Both the position numbers and the translations under genes were made by a program. From contig CAZCLJ010000003.1 of NCBI GenBank assembly GCA_964499465.1, positions 1-49,748 of the forward strand: a stretch of DNA of 49,748 bases, read 5' to 3'. Source of the DNA: an uncultured Hyphomicrobiales bacterium (GTDB taxonomy: Bacteria > Bacteroidota > Ignavibacteria > Kapaibacteriales > UBA2268). Every line of letters begins with the position of its first letter. Positions within the stretch are counted from its first letter, which is position 1. Shown here in pieces: positions 8,602 to 17,458 of the stretch. Below the pieces are notes generated by a model, which made no database searches, had not been told where the DNA came from, and saw only the letters and a list, made by a program, of their open reading frames with translations.

Positions 8602-8787
8602 AAACTTCAAAGATTTCTTTTGGTAAATTAGATTGTCTAATTATTGAAGCTAAAGTTCCAATTTTTATTTCTTTGTGGAGAGGTACTGGTAAAGTGATTG
8701 TTGAATTATTTTTGTTCTTTTGTAAACTTGAATGACTACTTTTTGTTTTGATACCAAGTTGCTTTTAATGATAAAATATGTTTGTCT

Positions 8788-8867
8788 GTCATTCCGAAAC
8801 GAAAAGAGGAATCTCAAACTCTGTAGTAGCAATGACTTGTGAGATTCTTCACTTCGTTCAGAATGAC
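8788..8867. repeat. family A element, core inverted relative to 7676-7756
   Basis: gtcattccgaaacgaaaagaggaatctcaaactctgtagtagcaatgacttgtgagattcttcacttcgttcagaatgac. Confidence 0.8.
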
Positions 8868-8908
8868 AAGACTGCGAAATAGCAAACTACGAGGGGTCAG
8901 GAGTTCTG

Positions 8909-9040
8909 TAATTACTATATTGCTTTAGTCATACGATGACTGGCAGTCATCGTATGACTTGGAAAGTGCAGCGGGTCTATTATGGAGAAACGTCCTATTT
9001 CGTCATCGTTCTTTCTTACTCCGGGGTCGGCGTTTTGCTT
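8909..9040. repeat. repeat family D, copy 2
   Basis: Near-identical to 7844-7975. The 3' portions recur at about 9285-9352 and 9890-9949. Confidence 0.85.
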
Positions 9041-9275
9041 ACTTTGAATGCTCCGTAGGAGCATCCTGTTTGTAGAAATAAAGTTGAAAAATAGAAAAGC
9101 AACGTAGTTGCGACCTGTCTATGCTACAAACAGAACACTCCTACGGAGTTTTGCAAAAATAAAAAACATTTTTCTACAAACAAGTTGCAACTACGTTGCT
9201 TTTTCTTCTAATTTTGCGAAATTTTGAAAGGCAGATGTCCAACACTTGGGAAAGTGTTGGACATCTTCTGTAAAC
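9041..9275. repeat. structured ~235-bp element E, copy 1
   Basis: Almost identical to 9950-10184 and in the same orientation. It contains several interleaved inverted repeats and a 14-bp-stem terminal hairpin. Confidence 0.9.
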
Positions 9276-9378
9276 TCAAATAGCAGGTCTATGCTTGTAA
9301 ACCTTCCAATTTCGTCATCGTATTTTCTTACTCCGTGGTCGGCGTTTTGCTTCCCTTATCTTTTTTCTTCACGATGAA

Positions 9379-9610
9379 TTACTTTTTCAATAAATCTTTA
9401 AATTCTTCTATTGTTATTCCACATTCCCTAATAATATTTCGCAATGTTCCTTTAGCCATTTTCTTTATGATTTGGAACTGTTACTCTTCTATTCGGATAA
9501 TATGAATTTCTTAAAATTATATGACTACCAGTTTGATGGTTAATAGAATAACCTAATTTATTAAGAATTTGCAATAATTCGCGTGCAGAAATAACTTTTA
9601 ATTTACCCAA
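9379..9610 (-). pseudogene. hicA: hicA-like toxin gene with +1 frameshift
   Basis: From a TTG overlapping the hicB stop it reads GKLKVISARELLQILNKLGYSINHQTGSHIILRN..RRVTVPNHKE, then hits TAA. Shifting one base within GAAAAT restores AKGTLRNIIRECGITIEEFKDLLKK*. The span is 232 nt, which is not a multiple of 3. Confidence 0.6.
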
Positions 9611-9818
9611 AGCTAACCTCTAAATATTCTTCATAAATTGGAGGAGGTATCGGTTCATTATGTTTCTTCAAACTAAACAAATACCCTTCAATGGCATCTT
9701 GGATATTTATTAATGCTTCTTTGCGTGTTTTACCTTGTGAAATGCAACCTGGCAAGTTTGGGCATTGAACTATAAACATACCATCTTCATCTTGCTCAAT
9801 AATAACTCTATATTTCAT
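9603..9818 (-). CDS. hicB: HicB family antitoxin
   Basis: YRVIIEQDEDGMFIVQCPNLPGCISQGKTRKEALINIQDAIEGYL is the HicB/UPF0150 signature. The MKY start at 9818 is preferred; the ORF track extends to 9830. Confidence 0.8.
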   Translation of the reverse strand: MKYRVIIEQDEDGMFIVQCPNLPGCISQGKTRKEALINIQDAIEGYLFSLKKHNEPIPPPIYEEYLEVSFG

Positions 9819-9949
9819 AATTAAATTCAAAATTAATTAATAATATTAACAATTTAAGAAATCTATTCAAAAATAAAAAAAAAATATATGCTGGTAAACT
9901 TACCGATTTCATCATCATTCTTTCTTACTCCGTGTTCTGCGTTTTGCTT

Positions 9950-10184
9950 ACTTTGAATGCTCCGTAGGAGCATCCTGTTTATAGAAATAAAGTTGAAAAA
10001 TAGAAAAGCAACGTAGTTGCAACCTGTCTATGCTACAAACAGAACACTCCTACGGAGTTTTGCAAAAATAAAAAACATTTTTCTACAAACAAGTTGCAAC
10101 TACGTTGCTTTTTCTTCTAATTTTGCGAAATTTTGAAAGGCAGATGTCCAACACTTTCCCAAGTGTTGGACATCTGCTGTAAAC
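9950..10184. repeat. structured ~235-bp element E, copy 2
   Basis: See copy 1. The differences are two substitutions plus a reverse-complemented hairpin loop and one flanking base. Confidence 0.9.
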
Positions 10185-10252
10185 ACCCTCTACGCTTATT
10201 AAATGCTTTTATTTCTGCTTATCAGTTTGAAATAAGCAATATTCTGTAAAAA

Positions 10253-10834
10253 TTATTTCTTGATAACTCCTAAAGGTAAAACAGTTTTTCTGAGTGATTC
10301 ATTAAGAACCTGAGCAAAAGAAGCATATATTGCAGAAAAGCCGCAGATTATTCCTTCAATTCCAGCCAAAATGCCTATTGATTCATTTCCGCTAAAATCT
10401 CTTATAGCCAGAAGGAAAAACAAAATCGTAAGCGATGCAAAGACAAACTGCAATGCCCTGTTAGCTTTTAAAGTGCCAAAGAACATTCCAAGAGTAAAAA
10501 TACCCCACATTAAAAGATAAAATCCCATTGCAAACGGAGTTGATGCCTGTAAATCAAATTTGGGTAGAATCCAGAGTCCGACTAATGTTAGCCAGAATAA
10601 TCCATACGAGGTAAAAGCAAGGGTGCCAAAGGTGTTTCCTTTTTTCCATTCCATAATTCCAGCAATAACCTGAGCAAGCCCACCATAAAAAATCCCCATC
10701 GACATAATCATAGTATCTAAAGGAAAAACGCCAGCATTGTGAATATTAAGCAAAACGGTAGTCATACCAAATCCCATAAGCCCAAGCGGAGCAGGATTTG
10801 ATGTAGCATCTTTGATAATCATTTCATTAGCCAT
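10253..10834 (-). CDS. satP: GPR1/FUN34/YaaH family acetate/succinate channel
   Basis: [18 protein letters not shown] signature plus six hydrophobic segments. Confidence 0.85.
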   Translation of the reverse strand: MANEMIIKDATSNPAPLGLMGFGMTTVLLNIHNAGVFPLDTMIMSMGIFYGGLAQVIAGIMEWKKGNTFGTLAFTSYGLFWLTLVGLWILPKFDLQASTPFAMGFYLLMWGIFTLGMFFGTLKANRALQFVFASLTILFFLLAIRDFSGNESIGILAGIEGIICGFSAIYASFAQVLNESLRKTVLPLGVIKK

Positions 10835-10905
10835 AAAAACCTTTTTGTAATTAATTAAAAGAATCTATCTAAATTAATGAAAATTATCAAAAAAATAAAA
10901 ATTTT

Positions 10906-12081
10906 TTAAAAAAAGAATTCTCCTATTAAATAAACTGCTGTTGAGTAATAAGAATATTCTGTTTTTTCTTCACCCCAAAAGAACATAGTGCCAAGCTTAA
11001 GATTAAGTTCATCTAAAGCAGACCATGATGCATTTAAACCGACATATCCGCTCATATCATCAAGATTTGTAAGAACCATTAAACCACTATTTACAAGCGG
11101 GTGAATAAGATAAGTAAAATTTGATGTTAAATAGTTTTTTCCCAAATTTTGAATTTCACCTTTTGCAAGCCGTTCAAAATAGTTTATATACTTATCTTTG
11201 TTTGCAGTGCCTTCACCATTAAACTGGTATTCAATTAAACCATAAATATCAGAAGTGAACTGGTAATCCAATCCGGCAATACATTTGAAAAAGCTTGAAT
11301 CCTTATCCTTATGAAATTTATAAATTGCTTCTCCTCTTAAACCTGCTCCAAAGAAATTGCCTGTAAAATCAGCACCAACAGCATATTTTTCATCGAAATA
11401 GCCAGTCATAAGCGAAACATCATATTCATTGAAATTTGTTCTGAATCTCGCTCCAACATTGCTTTGTTTTATAGTTTCCCGAAAGTTATAAACAAACTCA
11501 ATATCAGTAAAATTTCCTGCAAAATATTTGAAAGAAACAGCATCAACACCATCTTTTTCAAATTTAGAAAAGTTTGCAGGGTTTAGTGGATTAAACAAAT
11601 CTGTTGGTTGCCATACCCGACCAACTCCCCATGAAATAACTTGTCTTCCGGCGGTAATTTCACCAAAATCGAAACTGTGCTTAAAATAAAGTAAATCAAT
11701 AAAATGCTCTGCAATCAAATTCCAGTTATTATCAATTTTATTATCAATAAATTTATTATGCAAGTTTAAAACTTGTCTATTTGTTTTGCCATAATTTGTT
11801 TGATATGGAATAATCGCATTGGAAACAGAAAAATCAAGTTCATAGTGCATTGTAATACGGGTATCCTCTGATAAATGCAGTGTTGGTCTCAAACGAAATC
11901 GATTTAAATCCATAAAATAGCTGTCATTATCCTCGGATATATTAAATAACTTTGCAGATTTAGGCAGTTTTTGATAAGTTGGTAAAACATAAACATATCC
12001 GTTGAAATCTAATTCAATAGAGAATAGCTCAGCTATTGCAACAAAAAATAAAAATATGCTTAATAAAAGTGATTTTTTCAT
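10906..12081 (-). CDS. outer-membrane beta-barrel protein (porin-like)
   Basis: Signal peptide MKKSLLLSIFLFFVAIAELFS. Aromatic/polar beta-strand periodicity runs throughout, and the protein ends in an aromatic ...GEFFF beta-signal. It sits next to the acetate channel gene. Confidence 0.6.
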   Translation of the reverse strand: MKKSLLLSIFLFFVAIAELFSIELDFNGYVYVLPTYQKLPKSAKLFNISEDNDSYFMDLNRFRLRPTLHLSEDTRITMHYELDFSVSNAIIPYQTNYGKTNRQVLNLHNKFIDNKIDNNWNLIAEHFIDLLYFKHSFDFGEITAGRQVISWGVGRVWQPTDLFNPLNPANFSKFEKDGVDAVSFKYFAGNFTDIEFVYNFRETIKQSNVGARFRTNFNEYDVSLMTGYFDEKYAVGADFTGNFFGAGLRGEAIYKFHKDKDSSFFKCIAGLDYQFTSDIYGLIEYQFNGEGTANKDKYINYFERLAKGEIQNLGKNYLTSNFTYLIHPLVNSGLMVLTNLDDMSGYVGLNASWSALDELNLKLGTMFFWGEEKTEYSYYSTAVYLIGEFFF

Positions 12082-12132
12082 AATGTTATTCTAAGCCATA
12101 CGATTAACAAGTTTATTTTGAAATATATCCCT

Positions 12133-12166
12133 AAGCCATACTATCAACTTGTTGATCGTATGGCTT
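12133..12166. repeat. family F palindrome
   Basis: aagccatactatcaacttgttgatcgtatggctt. Related copies lie at about 31581-31612 and 31751-31784, with a half copy at 12093-12112. Confidence 0.75.
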
Positions 12167-12184
12167 GAAGTATATGCTATTGTT

Positions 12185-12715
12185 TTACTTTTCTATGCCT
12201 ATTCTTGCTTCAATCCCTTCGGTGTAGTAGTGTTTAATTTCTTTCATTTCTGTAACCAAATCGGCTAAATCTATAAGTTCCTGTGGAGCATATCTCCCTG
12301 TTATTATCACTTCAATGTGCTCTGCTCTACCCAGAATAACTTTTTTAAATTCTTCAAAACTTAAAAGATTGTAATAAAGGGCAATGTTTGCTTCATCTAA
12401 AATTACAATATCAAATTCACCATTTTTTAGTTTTTTTTCACATTCTGCAAGTCCATTTAATGCAGCTTCTATGTCTTCTTTTTCTGGTTTAGAGTAAATG
12501 AAACATGCTCTGCCGAATTGCTTGAGCTGAATGTTTGGAATAGAATTTAGAATATCCAATTCGCTATAGTGCATTCCTTTAACAAATTGAGCAATGAAAA
12601 CCTTTTTTCCAGCAGCTGCAGCCCTAATTGCAAGTCCAATGGCGGCAGTAGTCTTGCCTTTACCATTGCCTGTATATACCTGAATATATCCTTTCATTAT
12701 ACTATTACTCCCCAA
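12185..12715 (-). CDS. cobO: cob(I)yrinic acid a,c-diamide adenosyltransferase (CobO/BtuR type)
   Basis: GYIQVYTGNGKGKTTAAIGLAIRAAAAGKKVFIAQFVKG ... DIVILDE pattern. The true start may be the MKGY Met at 12697. Confidence 0.85.
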   Translation of the reverse strand: MGSNSIMKGYIQVYTGNGKGKTTAAIGLAIRAAAAGKKVFIAQFVKGMHYSELDILNSIPNIQLKQFGRACFIYSKPEKEDIEAALNGLAECEKKLKNGEFDIVILDEANIALYYNLLSFEEFKKVILGRAEHIEVIITGRYAPQELIDLADLVTEMKEIKHYYTEGIEARIGIEK

Positions 12716-12751
12716 AACTTTGTTTTTTTAGCAAAATTTTTAGAATAATTT

Positions 12752-12969
12752 CAGAACTCATTAACGAAAATAAAGAGTTAATAGAATTGCCACGCACCGA
12801 ATAATTGCACAGTTAATCTCCATAATAAATTATGGAGTTAATCTAATTATTAGAATAACTCCCAAATTTATTTGGGAGTTATTAGTATGGTATTTTGTGA
12901 AATTACATTTTTTTTATATCAGAACTTTCTTAATTCCGAAATATCAAGCTACGTGGCATCTGGAGTTCT
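12752..12969. repeat. composite MITE-like element, inverse orientation copy
   Basis: cagaactca...ctccataataaattatggag...aactcccaaatttatttgggagtt...ctggagttct. The interior matches the reverse complement of 8410-8540. Confidence 0.7.
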
Positions 12970-13012
12970 TATTTTTGTTTGTAGCTTTTAGCTACGTTAT
13001 GATTTCCTGTTT

Positions 13013-13372
13013 TTAAAACGTCAATACCCTATCGCTATCTTGCACCCACTGCGCTAAAGCAGCCATAGTGGATTTTTCTGCACCTTCAAAATACGGCTCA
13101 TTTTTATAAATTCCGCAGCGAGCCATACAAGTTCCGCATACTTTAACAACAACACCTTTTTCAATTAAATCTTTCAGCATTTGAGATAAATCGTATTCAT
13201 AAGTTTGAGGTGGTTTGCATTGATTTCTTGCTAAATCAACAGAATCATTCATTAGAAAAATTCTTACTTCGTTGCTATTTTTACGAAGCGTTTCTGCAAG
13301 TCGAAGTGCATTCCATGTTACATCGGAACCATCGTAAGGTTCGTGATTAAAGATGATTAGTATTTTCTGCAT
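13013..13372 (-). CDS. DsrE/DsrF-like sulfur relay family protein
   Basis: 119 aa. ILIIFNHEPYDGSD..NALRLA...V.IFLMNDSV..A and VCGTCMARCGI motifs. Confidence 0.7.
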   Translation of the reverse strand: MQKILIIFNHEPYDGSDVTWNALRLAETLRKNSNEVRIFLMNDSVDLARNQCKPPQTYEYDLSQMLKDLIEKGVVVKVCGTCMARCGIYKNEPYFEGAEKSTMAALAQWVQDSDRVLTF

Positions 13373-13711
13373 TTTTTATTCTCTTTTTATTAGAATTGGA
13401 TTAAACTCTAAAAACGTTTTTTTATTTTATTTTAAAAGATACTCATTTTTCTAGTGTAGTGATTCGTTAAAAGACTTATTATATTGTCTCATTTCGAACC
13501 TTCCGATAAAGGAAGACCTTTATTTAAATGGAGAAATGACATAATTTAAACTTTCGCAAAGTTAAGAAACTTTACGAAAGTGAAATTCTTCATACTTTGC
13601 GAAAGTTTCTTAACTTTCGTATAGTTTTAACAGACAAACGTAAAGATGTCATTCTGAACCCCCTGATAAAGGAAGACCTTTATTTAAATAGAGATGACAT
13701 CACTTAACACA

Positions 13712-13790
13712 GTCATTCTGAACGAAGTGAAGAATCCAGAAAATTTTTTGAACCACTACTCTCTGGATTCTTCATTCCGTTACCAATGAC
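13712..13790. repeat. family A-related element
   Basis: gtcattctgaacgaagtgaagaatccaga...tctggattcttcattccgttaccaatgac. Confidence 0.65.
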
Positions 13791-13852
13791 ATCTTTGCTT
13801 GCATGCTTCAAAACTTTCCGAAAGATAGAAAGTTACACAAAATGTAGGGAAT

Positions 13853-14003
13853 AGCAACGTAGTTGCTACCTGTTTGTAGAAAAATTATTTTGAGTTTGCA
13901 AAACTCCGTAGGAGTGTTCTGTTTGTATTTAAGATAGGTCGCAACTACGTTGCTTTCCTTTTTTTTATCATTATTTCTACAAACCGAACACTCCTACGGA
14001 GTT
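13853..14003. repeat. element E, partial copy in inverse orientation
   Basis: agcaacgtagttgctacctgtttgtagaaaaa...aaaactccgtaggagtgttctgtttgta...gcaactacgttgc...ctacaaaccgaacactcctacggagtt. Confidence 0.7.
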
Positions 14004-14193
14004 AAAAGAAAACAAAACTCTGGCATCGGTGAGTACAATTGCTTTTAACTGTTTTTAAGCTTTTATAAAGTAAGAACATTATTAGTACTTTTGTAAAGTT
14101 TCTTAACTTTGCAAAAGTTTAAAAATCTAAACAATCTAAACCTTCTAATCTTTCTAAACTTTTACCATCTACATTACAAAAAAGCATTTTAGC

Positions 14194-14478
14194 TCAAAAT
14201 CCTTTTACATAATTAATAATCTTTTCCAAATCCTCTTCAAAATGAGTATTTGAAAAAACTATTCTTATTGAATTATTGGTTTCGCTTCCCTTAATCGTGT
14301 ATTTTCCTTTAACGATTACTTTAAAAAATGGCTTTTCTAATTCTTTTATATGAATAAGTTTACCGAGTTTGCCAATATGCTCGACAAACTCGGTTTTTAT
14401 TTCTTTTTCCAAAAAAACATCTTTTGCGTTAAAAGCTTCTAAACAACCCAAAACCTTTTTAATTTGAACTACTTGCAT
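14194..14478 (-). CDS. hypothetical protein
   Basis: 94-aa ORF starting 2 nt after the serS stop on the same strand. No family recognised. Confidence 0.45.
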   Translation of the reverse strand: MQVVQIKKVLGCLEAFNAKDVFLEKEIKTEFVEHIGKLGKLIHIKELEKPFFKVIVKGKYTIKGSETNNSIRIVFSNTHFEEDLEKIINYVKGF

Positions 14479-14480
14479 TA

Positions 14481-15749
14481 TTAATCGATATATTCAAAAC
14501 CGCAATAAGGAACTAAAACGTCTGGAACGCGAATTCTTCCGTTTTCGTAGTATTGCTCTATGATTGATACTATTAGGCGGGACGTAGCAAGCCCGCTTCC
14601 ATTTAAGGTATGAACAAATTCCGGTTTAGAACTTGGAGTTCGCTTAAACCTAATAGCTGCTCTTCTTGCCTGAAAATCTTCAAAGTTAGAGCAACTGGAA
14701 CATTCCAACCATTTTTTTTCTGCTTGCGACCAACATTCCAAATCATAAGTCTTAGCACTCGAAAAACTTGTATCGCCCGAGCAAAGAGAAAGTACTCTAT
14801 AAGGAATTTGTAGTGCCTGAAGAATTTCCTCAACATCAGCAACAAGCAATTCCAATTCATTATAAGATTCTTCTGGCAAGCAAAGTTTGACAAGTTCTAC
14901 TTTATTGAATTGATGAACTCTTAAAAAGCCGCGTGTGTCTTTTCCATAGCTGCCAGCTTCACGACGAAAACACTGAGTAAAACCGCATACTTTGGTAGGA
15001 ATTTCTTCTACTTTCAAAATTTCGTTTGAAAAGAAATTGGTTAGTGGAACTTCAGCTGTTGGAATTAAATACAAATCATCTTTTTCGATGTAATACATAT
15101 CTTCAGCGAGTTTTGGGATTTGCCCTGTTCCGACCATAGAATTGCGATTAACAACAAGAGGTGGGATTAGTTCAGTGTAGCCGTGCTTTTCGATATGTAA
15201 ATCAAGCATATAATTAATTAAAGATCGCTCAAGTTTGGCACCCTTTCCAATATAATAAGCAAAACCAGCACCTGTAACCTTTGCGCCACGCTCAAAATCA
15301 AGTATGTTCAATTCTTTTGATATTGCAAGGTGGTCTTTGTAATTTCCATCAACTTTGGGGCTGCCCCAGTTGCGAACTTCAATATTATCTTCTGCTGTTT
15401 TTCCTATTGGCACGCTGTTATGAACCATATTTGGTATTTTTAGCTGCAAATTGAAAAGTTCCTGCTCAATTTCACGCAATTCATCATCAAGAATTTTAAT
15501 TCTATCTGAACATTCCTTCATTGCCTGGATTTTGTCGTCTGCATTTTCTTTTTGCCTTTTAAGCATTGCTATTTCATTAGAAACGACATTGCGGACATTT
15601 TTTAGCTGCTCAACTTCCAAAAGGTTTGCGCGCCTCTTCGAATCAACATCCATTATTTGTTCTACGACTTCGCTTGTTTTTTCATTTTTGTTAAGAATAT
15701 TTTGCTTAACGTTCTCACTATTTTCTCTAATAAATTTTAAATCTAACAT
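14481..15749 (-). CDS. serS: seryl-tRNA synthetase
   Basis: N-terminal coiled-coil arm followed by class II motifs (FRREAGS.G.DTRG..R.HQF.KVE, GSGLA.SR). Confidence 0.95.
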   Translation of the reverse strand: MLDLKFIRENSENVKQNILNKNEKTSEVVEQIMDVDSKRRANLLEVEQLKNVRNVVSNEIAMLKRQKENADDKIQAMKECSDRIKILDDELREIEQELFNLQLKIPNMVHNSVPIGKTAEDNIEVRNWGSPKVDGNYKDHLAISKELNILDFERGAKVTGAGFAYYIGKGAKLERSLINYMLDLHIEKHGYTELIPPLVVNRNSMVGTGQIPKLAEDMYYIEKDDLYLIPTAEVPLTNFFSNEILKVEEIPTKVCGFTQCFRREAGSYGKDTRGFLRVHQFNKVELVKLCLPEESYNELELLVADVEEILQALQIPYRVLSLCSGDTSFSSAKTYDLECWSQAEKKWLECSSCSNFEDFQARRAAIRFKRTPSSKPEFVHTLNGSGLATSRLIVSIIEQYYENGRIRVPDVLVPYCGFEYID

Positions 15750-15778
15750 ATTTTCTTTGTTTAAATGTATTTGAAAAA
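15732..15778. repeat. 47-bp direct repeat, copy 1 (native serS start region)
   Basis: aaattttaaatctaacatattttctttgtttaaatgtatttgaaaaa includes the serS ATG and its first 6 codons on the minus strand. Confidence 0.9.
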
Positions 15779-15781
15779 TAT

Positions 15782-16042
15782 TTATACGTATTCAAATTGT
15801 AAATTCACTTTATAACCTAAAGATAAAATTATTTCCTCGCAATCTTCCCATGTTAGACCGAATGCTTTAACATCGGAGAGTCCTATTCTGGCAATTATAT
15901 CTCTTATTAAATCAACATCCTGAGCATCGAATTCAGCTTCCATAAAGGATAGCTCAGCCCAACTTACTAATTCAGAAAGTGAAATGCGATGAGTAAGATA
16001 TTGCTTAATTTTGTTAAATATTTCATATTTAGTAATTTTCAT
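15782..16042 (-). CDS. hypothetical small protein (second gene of 2-gene cassette)
   Basis: 86-aa acidic ORF with a 4-nt ATGA-type overlap with the upstream ORF. No family recognised. Confidence 0.45.
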   Translation of the reverse strand: MKITKYEIFNKIKQYLTHRISLSELVSWAELSFMEAEFDAQDVDLIRDIIARIGLSDVKAFGLTWEDCEEIILSLGYKVNLQFEYV

Positions 16043-16284
16043 TTTACCTCCTTATGACCTTTATCAATTGGATATTTTTCATGAATTTCTACTAATTCAT
16101 CATATTGATTATAAATTTCCTGATAAAATTTTAATGTTGTTTCAACTTCATTTACTTCTTTTACATATCTTGCTTTCCAACCATATTTATCATCAACTTC
16201 ATAATAATAGATTCTTCCACCATTATCTAATTCATACCAATTAATGAATTTTTTTTCGTTTTCAAGTCTTTTCTTTTCAAACAT
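16039..16284 (-). CDS. hypothetical small protein (first gene of 2-gene cassette)
   Basis: 81-aa ORF translationally coupled to 15782-16042. No family recognised. Confidence 0.45.
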   Translation of the reverse strand: MFEKKRLENEKKFINWYELDNGGRIYYYEVDDKYGWKARYVKEVNEVETTLKFYQEIYNQYDELVEIHEKYPIDKGHKEVK

Positions 16285-16322
16285 AATTATTGACTTATTA
16301 TTTCACTTTATTATTTTATTCA

Positions 16323-16369
16323 AAATTTTAAATCTAACATATATTCTTTGTTTAAATGTATTTGAAAAA
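16323..16369. repeat. 47-bp direct repeat, copy 2 (orphan serS start region)
   Basis: It has one substitution relative to 15732-15778. On the minus strand it reads MLDLKF and then a stop. Confidence 0.9.
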
Positions 16370-16474
16370 AAACAAATTTACTAATTTTTTAAAATATAAG
16401 GTTAAGATAATTAGAGAAAAATTACTAATTTGAAAATTAGAAGAAGTCAATTTGAGAAGAAAAATAGAAGATTT

Positions 16475-17458
16475 ATGAAATTAGAAAATAAAAAATACAA
16501 TACTGTGATTGAAAAGAATACTTTTTACTTTTTTAATAAGGACTTTGAACAGCAGTATGAAGGATATATCAATTCATTAAAGGAAACATTACTTCTTTTA
16601 AAAAATGAAACAGAAAATAACGGATTTACAAAAGAAGTTTTTGAAAAGTTTTTATTTGAAAAAGAATATGGATTAAAAGCACTTTTAGCTTTAACTGGTT
16701 TTTCAAATGAATATTTTAAAAGACTAATCACTATCATTCGTATTTTGAATGATAAAGAGTTAAATAGGTTAATTTTAAAAGATAATTGGAACATAAATGA
16801 AAAATCTAGTTTTGAAAGCATAAGTGAGTGGTCAGACAATAAAATTGAGAACTTAATAAAAGAAAATGAATTTTTTAGAAAAGGCATTGTTAATCTGTTC
16901 TTTGAAGGGGCTACTATTCCATTTTTGACAAAAACAATTCCTTTATTTGAACTAAAAAAATTAAGTTTATCTAAACTTAAATTTGAAATTCCTGAGATGA
17001 TTGACACTTTAATCCGTTATAAGGAAAAAGGTTCTTATAACGGAAAAATAGAAAATAATCCAGAAACATTAATTAAATCAATTTTAAATGAGCTTAGTGT
17101 TGAGTTCGAGAAAGGAGATTTAACTGAATTAGTAACAGACGCTCCAGATAAAAAGCGAACAATGGATTTTATCATTCCAAACAAAACAAATCCAAGAATT
17201 ATTATTGAATATTCTTATCTCGTAACAACTTCCTCTGGTCAGGGAGATAAATCTAAAACTGAGATTTCAATAAATTCACTAATTACTCAGCACTATCCAA
17301 AAGCGAAGTTTATTGGCTTCGTTGATGGAATTGGCTGGTATGTTAGGAAAAAAGATTTAGAACGAATGGTAAATGCTTATTTTGATGTTTTTACTTTTCA
17401 CAATGATGAATTAGAGAGATTTGTAAAATTTATTAAAAAGGAGTTGAAAATTGTTTAA
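16475..17458 (+). CDS. putative type II restriction endonuclease
   Basis: The C-terminal MDFIIPNK..PRIIIEYSYLVTTSSGQGDKSK resembles the D..(E)x(K/S)...GSK nuclease core of some type II REases. The stop overlaps the start of the first methyltransferase. I prefer the ATG at 16475 over the TTG at 16430. Confidence 0.5.
   Translation: MKLENKKYNTVIEKNTFYFFNKDFEQQYEGYINSLKETLLLLKNETENNGFTKEVFEKFLFEKEYGLKALLALTGFSNEYFKRLITIIRILNDKELNRLILKDNWNINEKSSFESISEWSDNKIENLIKENEFFRKGIVNLFFEGATIPFLTKTIPLFELKKLSLSKLKFEIPEMIDTLIRYKEKGSYNGKIENNPETLIKSILNELSVEFEKGDLTELVTDAPDKKRTMDFIIPNKTNPRIIIEYSYLVTTSSGQGDKSKTEISINSLITQHYPKAKFIGFVDGIGWYVRKKDLERMVNAYFDVFTFHNDELERFVKFIKKELKIV

Noticed and set aside
12716-13012. A cobalamin riboswitch or other leader RNA next to the cobO-like gene.
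   Set aside because: The region is fully explained by a composite MITE-like element (12752-12969) that also occurs at unrelated loci. No B12-box-like sequence was recognised.
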